Assembly (NCBI GenBank): GCA_002309855.1
Contig: DBYD01000029.1
Location: 10,521 to 74,520 of the forward strand
Length of the DNA stretch: 64,000 nt
Direction: 5' to 3'
From: Bacteroidales bacterium UBA1195
GTDB lineage: Bacteria > Bacteroidota > Bacteroidia > Bacteroidales > WCHB1-69
Positions 45,368 through 53,443 of this stretch are shown here, one piece after another. Position 1 is the first letter of the stretch; every line of letters starts with the position of its first letter. The notes beneath the pieces were generated by a model that had not been told where the DNA came from, did no database searches, and was given only the letters and a program-made list of their open reading frames with translations. The position numbers and the translations under genes were made by a program.

Positions 45368-48300
45368 TTACCGGACAATATTCATTTTGCGCGTGATGCG
45401 TTGTCCGCGGTATTCCATGGTGTAATAATATACGCCTGCGGCCCATCCGGAGGCATCCAGTCCGATGCGGTTCTCACCGGCCTCAACCTGGATTGTACGG
45501 CGGTGGATCACCTGTCCGTTGGCCGTCATGACTGTCAGTGTGGCCTCACCGGCCTGCGGCAGGCTGAACGGGATGGCTGTCACCTCCGTGGCCGGGTTCG
45601 GGATGTTCTGTCCGAGGCTCCAGTCAAGACGCTCCGCATCGCGGATGCCGACGCTGTCGCGGTAGCAGCTGAACTGCTTGGCGAGGGTGTCGTTGCTTTG
45701 GATGGTGTCGCCTGCAAAGGCCTCGACGTATGCCTTCAAGGTGTATTTGCCGGTGTAGTCCGGAACCTTGTAGTTCATGGTGAACTGGTGGTTCTTGGTC
45801 TCGTTGACGGCCATGTGGCTGATGTTCTCGCTGATGCTCTCCACCACCTGACCGCTGTTGTTCACAACATCCACATGTATTATGATGTTTTCAGCCTCCA
45901 TGTTGCCGATGTTGGCCACACGCACGGTGGGCGAGAGCTTGGTCTTGCCAAGAGCCTTTTCGGTTGTGGAGATTTCCAGCACCTGGATGTCGATGGAGTC
46001 CGGAATGTTGACCTGTCCCACAATGCTGACCATATCGTTGCTGTTGTCGCCGTCGCATTCCAGATCGCTCTTCAGCTCGAAGAAGTAGTATGGCTGGTCC
46101 TTGCTTACGGCGGGGACTGTAAAGCATTTGCTCATTGTATGGCGAACGGTGTCACCGGCATTGAGGCGTTTGCGGATTGTGTCGGTGACCACCTCGTTGC
46201 CGTCAATGCTCAAACGCAGCAGAACCATCTCCACCGGGATGTTGCCGTTGTTTACGGCCAACGCGCTCACGCGGACGGTGTCGCCGGTCATCTTGAACAT
46301 CTGGCCGTCAAGGCCGAAGACGGTGTCAAGCGCGATATCCTGCATGACAATCAGGCTGGAGTCGCGGATGGTGTCATTGGCGGTGTTGTCGTCAATGGCC
46401 TGCATGCATGCCTCGAAATAGTAGGCCCCGTTTGCGGAGAGGTCGAGCTGTCCGGTGATGAGCAGCGTGTCGCTCTCAAATCCGCCGAGTGTCTTGTTGT
46501 AAACATAGGTGAACTGCTGGTTGCTGATTCCTGTTACACTTACCTGTATTGTGTCATCAGAAACCGATACGGAGGTGCGGTTCAGGTTCTCGACAATGGC
46601 CTTCAGGGGCTGTCCCTGCAGGTGGCAGGCGGAGAGCTGGTCGGTCTCGGGCAGGAGCAGACGCAGCGCAATGTCCTTGTCGGCAGTGATGCGGATGCGG
46701 TCGATGTACTGGTTGCACCCGCCGAAGCTCATGCCCTGGAATGCTATGCAGATGCAGTTGTCGTTGGCGAACTTGCTAAGGTCAAACTCATATTTTTTCC
46801 AGTATACTCCGGTGTCGGAGGCTCCAATCTTGCCAAGTTCGGTGAAGGTCGCACCCTCATCGGTTGTAACCTGGATGCTGAGGAAGTCGCGGACCGCTTC
46901 GTCGGTGTGGGCGTACCAGAAGGTCAGTTTCGGATTGGAGGTCTGGTAGATGTTGACGGAGTTGAATACGGCGTCAGCCACGCTACCGGGCCTGCCCATG
47001 CCGTTGAACACCAGGTAGCCGGTGCCGAATACGGGGGCGATAACGGTGTCTTTCGGCTGCACGCTCCATTCGGTGGAGCCGGACTGTGTGATGCTGACAA
47101 ATTCGGTCGGGGCGGTGGAGAAGTTCACATCGTATGGGAGGTTCACATGGCTCACGTTGTAATCCATGAGAAGTGTGTCGTTCTCCGCATGGTGGTCGGC
47201 GGTGTCTTTGAGCAGAATCTGCAGATGGTAGATGCCGCTTGCCATGGTGGGGATTTTGCCGAGTTTGATTGTGTCGGTCAGTGCGGAGGCCAGTTGGCCG
47301 GTGGTGAGCACGGTGTCCATGCGGAAGTTTCCTGCGCCGGTTACAATCAGGGTGACGGTAAGCGGCGACTGGCTGAAGTCGGCGGTGACCCGTCCGCGGT
47401 TCTGTATGCTGACAGCCACATCGGCGAAGTCGCCGTAGCATTTTATCTCATCGGCAACCATCGGCTGGGTGAACTTCTTGGCGGAGAGGTCAAGGTCGTC
47501 GGTCATTTCAAGGCTGTAGCAGCCGACGGAGGCGACTGGGCCGCGCGGTGTGTTGAGGATGTCAAAAGCCGCCTCGGCCATGCGTGGGCAGGAGAAAGCG
47601 CTGTAGTCTGTCAGCTCAAGGCTTTGGGTGATGTCGATGAAGCTGGGCCTGCTGTTATAGGAGCCGGAATCCTGCGTTGTGGCCGACTGCCAGCCGGCAA
47701 GGCTGTTGATTGCCGAACCGGCGTATCCTACGTTGGTTGCGGTGTCAACCGTGTTGCATCCGTAGTAGAGGTTGTAGTCGAAAATCATGTAGCTCGGTTT
47801 CACGTAGGTGGCGCTTGAGACATATACAGGATAGGCTGTCGTGGATTTGGCCATCAGCAGGTTGTTGCGGAGGCTGATCTTGTAGGAGGTGCTGGTGTTG
47901 TAGAGATAGGCTCCATAGGCTACACTGCCGGAGGATTCCACCCGGATGCTGTTGTTGTAGATGTTCCAGCTCTGGTAGGGGTAGTAGCAATAGATGCCGT
48001 AGGCCGCGCTGCTGTTGGAGACCATTATCTCGTTGTTTGTGATGTTGCCCTGCTTTCCGCCGTAGCTGCCGTAGTTGGCATAGTAGTACATGTAGATGCC
48101 GTAGCCGGAGGCGGCGTTGACATGGATGCGGTTGGCGTCAAGTGTGTCGATGTTGTTGTAATAATAGAGGTACATGCCGTAGAAGGTGCCGCTCCCTGCG
48201 CGGTTGGTGATGCTGTTGTGCGAAATGCTGGTGTAGTGGCTGTAATAGTAGCTGTAGATTCCGTACTGGTATGCATCGGTCATGGTGTTGCCGGTTATGG

Positions 48301-51300
48301 TGACGGAGGCCAGCGGCATGTTGGCGGTGTTTCCGGCCATGTAGTACATGTGGATGTTGGCGACACCGCCCCTGATGTTGTTATTGACGAACCGCACATT
48401 GACAGGATGGTTGCCGCTTCCGCTCGTGCTGTGGAAATAGACGGCCATCGAATTGGAGGTGGCGGTGGTGGAGGCGCTTATGTTGCAGCTGTGGAAAAGG
48501 ATGTCGGTGTTGGAGGATTCCAGCAGCACCCCATAGAGTCCGTTGGAGGTGTTGCCGAAGTTCAGTCCCCTGAACACCCAGTGCGCGGCGTTCTGCAGCG
48601 CGATGCCAGCTTCGAGGCTGCCACCGTCGAAGGTGACCTTGGCGTTGCTGTCGGCAATGACTGTGATGCGTGCGCTGTCGCTTGCGCCGGGAATCTGGCC
48701 TGCTATCTTGAGCGGACCGTAGCTGCCTGCACGCATGGCGAGGGTGACGGGGCCGGAAATGCCGCAGGAGTGCAGCACATAGATGGCCTCCTCGAAATCG
48801 TTGAAATCCGGTTTGTTGCCGCCGATGGTGTATGTGCCGTTAAGTTTTCCGGCGCAGATGTATTCGTACATGGAAATGGTGTCGTTCTGCGGCACCATGT
48901 CGCTGGTCTGGTTGGGGCTTGTGCTCCATGCCGTGATGCGGATCATGCTGCCGATGGCTGCTGTGACACTGCCCAGCTGTATGGACTGTGTGGCTCCTGT
49001 CACCAGATTTCCGCTCCATTTCACAGGAGTCTGCGCCACGCCGTTCACGGTCCATTCAATGACGGCCGATGTCAGGTTTTTCAGGCCGCAGTTCATCAGG
49101 GTGGCATATACGGGACTGTTCTTGGCACCGATTATGTCGGTTCCGGCAAAGTCGGTCAGGCTGGCATCCAGATCCTTCAGGATGGCGGTGTAGGCGCCCA
49201 TGGAGGTGATGCTGTTACGGAGCGAATCGTTGAAGTCGTTGCTGACGCCGGGGTTCGGCATCAGGAAGCGGCCGTAGTTTTTCAGTTCAAGACCTGAAGC
49301 CAGGTTGATAAAGGCCGGGTCGATGGAGACGCTATGCTTGTCCCCGCCGCCTGCGCTTTGCAGGCCGGCAACGGTATAGGCGGGATTGTTGTTGTACATG
49401 GCCACACAACCGCCGCCGTTCCAATAATCGTTGTAGTCGGTGAACGCCGCTCCGGCTGCCAGCGCGTCCACGCCGAGCGGGAACTGGTTGACGGAGTCAA
49501 TGCCTGCAACGATGTTGCCGACCGCACGGATGGATGAATCACCGAGCGATAGTATCTTGACGCCTGCGGTATGCGGTGATGAGCTGTATGCGGTGTTGTT
49601 GTTGAATATGCTGTTGCATACAAAGTCTATTTTGCCGGACAGGCGCACCACGCGGCCCTCTCCGGTGCCCAAACGCCAGCCACCGCCCACATGGGCGATG
49701 ATCACGTTATTGGCCACCAGGATTTTTCCGCCTTTCAGGTTGGTTCCGGAAATGTTGAACACATTGCCGGTGGCGCCTCCGGAGGCTGTGGTGGTGCCTG
49801 TGTTCATGTCGATGAAGTTGCCGTAAATGCTGTCGCAGGTGATATTGTTCAGATGCACACCTGCGGAATTCTGGTTGTGCGCGTTGCGGGAGGTGCCGGT
49901 GTTGTGGTTAAAGATGACGCTGTCAATGTAGTTGATGCGCAGGATGCCGTCGTGCGCTCCGAGGATGGCGGTGTGTTCGATCCGCAGGCCGGAGAGCCGG
50001 TTGGTGGCTGTGCCCAGGATGATGTTCCGGCAGCCGCCCCGGATGGTGTCGTCGATGAAGGTGATGTTTCTGACCTTAAAGGAAAGGGAGGCATTGTCGC
50101 TGGCCGATGTGGCGGTGCCCGGTCCGATTGTGGAGGCACTGCCGGCAGTGGCTGCGGCCGGACTCTCGATGTTGCAGTGGAGGAAGGCGATGTTCTCTGT
50201 CGGTCCGTTGAAGCAGATGGTGTGGCATCCGCTTGTGGCGGTGCTGAGGATGGTGACGTGGCTGAAGGTGACATTGTTCATGTTGTTCAACTGTACCGCA
50301 CCGATGGAACCTGCGTAGCCGAAAATCACGCTGTCGCGGTTCTGGGCGATGGAGGTGACGGTGAGGGTGCCGCCATGCATGAAGTCGGTGTTCCAGTTGA
50401 TGCCTCTTGAGAGGGCATAGGTGCCGCTCTCGAAAGCAAGCGTGATGTCGTTGCCGCCGCCGCATTTGCGGATGATGTTGAAGAGGGTGTCAAGGTCGGC
50501 GTAGGTGTAGTCGGCCTTGCTGGAGTTGCCGATCACAAACCGGCCTGTGACGGCTGAGCTGCAAACATACTGGCTGGCGGTCACGGTGTCGTTTTTCGGA
50601 TTGCCGTCGCCTTTCAGCACAAGGATGGATTCAAACCGGACGTTTCCGCCAGGAATGGCGAAAGTGCCAAGCGGCACGGTGTCCGACATGTTGGTCTTCA
50701 ATGCATTCTTAGGCCGGTAGCTCACATTCGGCTGCGCCGTCCCGTTGATGGAAAAGAGCAGTGTGGCCGAATCGACAGGTTGCGGCCCGACATTTTTGAT
50801 GATGACCGAAATCGGATGTTTGCCGGTTGAGGAGAGGCCGTTCAGCCCGACAAATCCGGTCAGTGCGGCATCCATCGGGTCGCGTGTGGCTTTGATGACG
50901 ATGGTCAGCGTGTCGTTCTTCGCATTGGAGTCCAGCTGGCCGTTCGGGTCGGAGACCACAATTTCGAAAAGGTTGTCCCCCTTGACCAGGGCGACTTGCC
51001 CCAGAGTGACGGTGTCAGCATTCCCTTTGGCCAGTTTGCCCTTCCATGCGAATGGGGTTCCGGCCTTCTGGTTGAGGCTGTATAGTATCTTTGCGGAGGT
51101 GACTGTGGAGTCTCCCGCATTCTTTATGGTGACGGTCAGCGGATAGGGGTTGCCGATTATGGCGGAGGCGTCCGGTGAGAGGATGCTCTGGACGGCCATG
51201 TCATACGGATAGCTGTGGATGATTCCGGCGTAGGCGCCGATTGCGGTGTTGGCGACACGTGCGTTCCCATCAATGTCCTCGCTGTTGCCCGGGTTGGGGA

Positions 51301-52663
51301 TTACAAACAGGCTGTAGTCGGTCAGCTGCAGTCCCTTGGTTGAATCCACCCACTGCGGTGCGTATGAAACGCTGTATTTGTCGCTTTTGGTGAAGGCCTG
51401 GAAAGTGGTAAGGCTGCTGTAGTTGCTCGCGTTGTCGCGCCCGATGAATCCGCCCTTGCTCCAGTAGTTGTTATAGTCGGTGAAGAATGCGCCGGTTGTG
51501 GTGTCGATGCGAAGCGGGAACTGGTTGGAGTCGATGGTGGCCAGCATGTTGCCGATAATCCGCACATCGGAGGAGGCTCCGGATATGTTGAGGCAGTTCA
51601 CCGAATAGGTGGTGTTGGTGGTGATTCTGTTGTTGAAGATGCTGTTGTTGAAGATGTCGGCCTGGATGTTGGCTATGTTGGCCACATGGCCCATGGTGGT
51701 CCTGTATCCGATGGCGGTCTTACCCATTATCACGTTGTTGGCGACCGGGAAGCGTTTGCCGGAGGCCGGTGTGCAGGCGGAGAGGGTGAGTATTACGCCG
51801 GTATGTGTGGCCTGCGTGATGTTGGCATAGTTGATGAGGTTTCCGCAGAATCTCTCCACCACGCAGTTGCTGAGCGTTATGCCGTAGTGGTTGCCGTTGA
51901 TGCCCGGCCTCGGGATGTCAATGTTGTGTGCGAACGACACGGTGTCGCAATAGTTTATGTTCGCGTCCACATCGTAGCTGTTGAGGATTTCGTTGCTGTC
52001 GATACGGATGTTGGTCAGGTGGTTGGTGGCGGATCCGTTCAGCCATATTCCGCGGCAGCCGCCCGTGATGATGTTGCCTACAAAGGCGAGGCCGTTCACC
52101 GTTGCGGTGATGCTCCCCTTGTCGGTGGCGGCGGTGGTGGAGGCGGTGCCGATGGGGCAGCAGTTGCCGCTGGTGGCGGTGCCTGGTACGGCTATTGTGC
52201 ACTTGTAGAAGAGCACGTTCTCCACCGGGCCGTTGGTGCCGACCGCATGGCATGCGCTGGTTTTGGTGCTGCTTATTGTGATGTGGCTGAAGGTCACGTT
52301 TTTGGTGTTGTTCAGCTGCACTGCGGCGATGCTGCCGTTATAGGTGAAGGTCACGCTGTCTCGGTTCCTGTCCACGGAGGTTATTGTCAGGTGGTCCTTT
52401 GCGGTGAACTTGGCCGAATTGACAACCAATGCCTTTGTGAGTGCATAGGTGCCCGGTTCAAAGGCCATCACTATTTGTCCCGACAGGTTCCCCGCCGCGA
52501 TTTCGGTCAGCAGGGAGTCAAACTGGGTCAGGTTATACTGAGCCTTTGACGAGTTGCCGATAATGAGTGTCTGTTGGGCCCTGATTCCCTGAAATGGTAG
52601 GAAACAGAGTAGCAGGATTCCTGCAAGTACTGATGAAATAGATGAGAAAGTTCTCATAATCAA
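45368..52663 (-). CDS. Giant T9SS cargo protein, paralog C (2431 aa), with three beta-helix regions separated by CARDB-like modules, a MAM/choice-of-anchor-J-like domain and a type-A CTD
   Basis: Signal peptide ...LLLCFLPFQGIRAQQ. The module order is conserved with A, B, D and E. C-terminus GQNIPNPATEVTAIPF...GVYYYTMEYRGQRITRKMNIVR. Confidence 0.9.
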   Translation of the reverse strand: MIMRTFSSISSVLAGILLLCFLPFQGIRAQQTLIIGNSSKAQYNLTQFDSLLTEIAAGNLSGQIVMAFEPGTYALTKALVVNSAKFTAKDHLTITSVDRNRDSVTFTYNGSIAAVQLNNTKNVTFSHITISSTKTSACHAVGTNGPVENVLFYKCTIAVPGTATSGNCCPIGTASTTAATDKGSITATVNGLAFVGNIITGGCRGIWLNGSATNHLTNIRIDSNEILNSYDVDANINYCDTVSFAHNIDIPRPGINGNHYGITLSNCVVERFCGNLINYANITQATHTGVILTLSACTPASGKRFPVANNVIMGKTAIGYRTTMGHVANIANIQADIFNNSIFNNRITTNTTYSVNCLNISGASSDVRIIGNMLATIDSNQFPLRIDTTTGAFFTDYNNYWSKGGFIGRDNASNYSSLTTFQAFTKSDKYSVSYAPQWVDSTKGLQLTDYSLFVIPNPGNSEDIDGNARVANTAIGAYAGIIHSYPYDMAVQSILSPDASAIIGNPYPLTVTIKNAGDSTVTSAKILYSLNQKAGTPFAWKGKLAKGNADTVTLGQVALVKGDNLFEIVVSDPNGQLDSNAKNDTLTIVIKATRDPMDAALTGFVGLNGLSSTGKHPISVIIKNVGPQPVDSATLLFSINGTAQPNVSYRPKNALKTNMSDTVPLGTFAIPGGNVRFESILVLKGDGNPKNDTVTASQYVCSSAVTGRFVIGNSSKADYTYADLDTLFNIIRKCGGGNDITLAFESGTYALSRGINWNTDFMHGGTLTVTSIAQNRDSVIFGYAGSIGAVQLNNMNNVTFSHVTILSTATSGCHTICFNGPTENIAFLHCNIESPAAATAGSASTIGPGTATSASDNASLSFKVRNITFIDDTIRGGCRNIILGTATNRLSGLRIEHTAILGAHDGILRINYIDSVIFNHNTGTSRNAHNQNSAGVHLNNITCDSIYGNFIDMNTGTTTASGGATGNVFNISGTNLKGGKILVANNVIIAHVGGGWRLGTGEGRVVRLSGKIDFVCNSIFNNNTAYSSSPHTAGVKILSLGDSSIRAVGNIVAGIDSVNQFPLGVDALAAGAAFTDYNDYWNGGGCVAMYNNNPAYTVAGLQSAGGGDKHSVSIDPAFINLASGLELKNYGRFLMPNPGVSNDFNDSLRNSITSMGAYTAILKDLDASLTDFAGTDIIGAKNSPVYATLMNCGLKNLTSAVIEWTVNGVAQTPVKWSGNLVTGATQSIQLGSVTAAIGSMIRITAWSTSPNQTSDMVPQNDTISMYEYICAGKLNGTYTIGGNKPDFNDFEEAIYVLHSCGISGPVTLAMRAGSYGPLKIAGQIPGASDSARITVIADSNAKVTFDGGSLEAGIALQNAAHWVFRGLNFGNTSNGLYGVLLESSNTDILFHSCNISASTTATSNSMAVYFHSTSGSGNHPVNVRFVNNNIRGGVANIHMYYMAGNTANMPLASVTITGNTMTDAYQYGIYSYYYSHYTSISHNSITNRAGSGTFYGMYLYYYNNIDTLDANRIHVNAASGYGIYMYYYANYGSYGGKQGNITNNEIMVSNSSAAYGIYCYYPYQSWNIYNNSIRVESSGSVAYGAYLYNTSTSYKISLRNNLLMAKSTTAYPVYVSSATYVKPSYMIFDYNLYYGCNTVDTATNVGYAGSAINSLAGWQSATTQDSGSYNSRPSFIDITQSLELTDYSAFSCPRMAEAAFDILNTPRGPVASVGCYSLEMTDDLDLSAKKFTQPMVADEIKCYGDFADVAVSIQNRGRVTADFSQSPLTVTLIVTGAGNFRMDTVLTTGQLASALTDTIKLGKIPTMASGIYHLQILLKDTADHHAENDTLLMDYNVSHVNLPYDVNFSTAPTEFVSITQSGSTEWSVQPKDTVIAPVFGTGYLVFNGMGRPGSVADAVFNSVNIYQTSNPKLTFWYAHTDEAVRDFLSIQVTTDEGATFTELGKIGASDTGVYWKKYEFDLSKFANDNCICIAFQGMSFGGCNQYIDRIRITADKDIALRLLLPETDQLSACHLQGQPLKAIVENLNRTSVSVSDDTIQVSVTGISNQQFTYVYNKTLGGFESDTLLITGQLDLSANGAYYFEACMQAIDDNTANDTIRDSSLIVMQDIALDTVFGLDGQMFKMTGDTVRVSALAVNNGNIPVEMVLLRLSIDGNEVVTDTIRKRLNAGDTVRHTMSKCFTVPAVSKDQPYYFFELKSDLECDGDNSNDMVSIVGQVNIPDSIDIQVLEISTTEKALGKTKLSPTVRVANIGNMEAENIIIHVDVVNNSGQVVESISENISHMAVNETKNHQFTMNYKVPDYTGKYTLKAYVEAFAGDTIQSNDTLAKQFSCYRDSVGIRDAERLDWSLGQNIPNPATEVTAIPFSLPQAGEATLTVMTANGQVIHRRTIQVEAGENRIGLDASGWAAGVYYYTMEYRGQRITRKMNIVR

Positions 52664-52700
52664 ATTGTTTTAATGAAGCAAAATAATTAGAAAGAATGCG

Positions 52701-52708
52701 CAAATATA
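52701..52708 (-). promoter_or_regulatory. Candidate -7 promoter box (TATATTTG on the minus strand) of paralog C
   Basis: TAnnTTTG match 38 nt upstream of the start codon. Confidence 0.45.
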
Positions 52709-52773
52709 ATCATTTTTTTGTAATACAGTTTGTGGTAAGAAAAAAAACTGTATTTATGGGGCGAAAAAGGATG

Positions 52774-53343
52774 CTATAACCCCTGATATTCCTTTTCCGC
52801 ATCAAAGCAGGGGCATTGCTTTTCCGAGAAGCAGTTGTGTCCGTATATTTTTGCGCGGGGATGTTTTTCCTTCAGGGTTTTCAGCAGGAAAAGCAGGGAA
52901 TCCTTCTGTGCCTGTGTGCGTGTGTCAATCGGGTTGCCTTCGGCATCAAGGCCGCCGACGTAGCATACGCCGATGCTGTGGGTGTTATGTCCGAGGCAAT
53001 GTGCACCGACATGGTTGGCGGGCCGTCCCGGATGCACCGTTCCGTCCAGATATATCACATAGTGGTAGCCGATACCGGTAAATCCGCGCTTGAGGTGCCA
53101 TTGCTCTATGTCGTCAATGGTGACCACCGTGTCCCGTGGCGTGGCTGTGCAGTGGATGATGATTTCGTCAACACGTTTCAAGCCGGACAGTTTGTCGGCG
53201 AATCTTATGGCGGAAAAGGTCAGACCGGTCGCAATCAGTGTTGCGGTCAGGAGCAGCAAGGAGGGCTTCGGGGAGGTTTTTCCCCGCTTTGTGGCGTTCC
53301 TGACGGACTGTTTGTGAGGTGTATGTGCCATTGACTGGTTCAT
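52774..53343 (-). CDS. N-acetylmuramoyl-L-alanine amidase (Amidase_2 / PGRP / T7-lysozyme fold) with an N-terminal membrane anchor
   Basis: IIIHCTATP, GYHYVIYLDGTVHPGRP and GAHCLGHNTHSIGVCYVGG. TM segment LLLLTATLIATGLTF. The likely ATG is at 53343 (the track ORF extends to 53430). Confidence 0.9.
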   Translation of the reverse strand: MNQSMAHTPHKQSVRNATKRGKTSPKPSLLLLTATLIATGLTFSAIRFADKLSGLKRVDEIIIHCTATPRDTVVTIDDIEQWHLKRGFTGIGYHYVIYLDGTVHPGRPANHVGAHCLGHNTHSIGVCYVGGLDAEGNPIDTRTQAQKDSLLFLLKTLKEKHPRAKIYGHNCFSEKQCPCFDAEKEYQGL

Positions 53344-53443
53344 GTTGCAAAAATAACAACATTTTGCATACCATCCGCCTTTTTTTGCAAAAAAAATGGG
53401 CGGGTAATCCCGCCCATTGGCATACATCAATTGTACAATTAAT

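Noticed and set aside
45311-47818. An 835-aa plus-strand ORF antisense to paralog C. Similar long antisense ORFs lie across the giant genes (e.g. 30266..31453, 30649..31620, 32164..33150, 48122..49297, 49691..50410, 51686..52549, 53417..54388, 54983..55918, 60197..60754).
   Set aside because: They are Gly/Val/Ala/Asp/His-rich low-complexity translations with no signal, motif or promoter context. They mirror the strong GC3 codon bias of the real minus-strand genes, which depletes stop codons on the opposite strand. The minus-strand ORFs carry all the recognisable domains.
52664-52773. Invertible promoter (inverton) control of the giant genes. I looked for inverted repeats flanking the promoter regions at 36304-36439, 42647-42815, 52664-52773 and 58812-58836.
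   Set aside because: Only short terminator-type hairpins (8-12 bp stems with short loops) are visible. No inverted repeats bracket the TAnnTTTG boxes, and no site-specific recombinase gene is adjacent.
53344-53430. An upstream extension of the amidase ORF (MMYANGRDYPPIFFAKKGGWYAKCCYFCN).
   Set aside because: It overlaps the stop-proximal hairpin region of paralog D and has no homology value. The ATG at 53343 gives a normal short cytoplasmic tail followed by the TM anchor.
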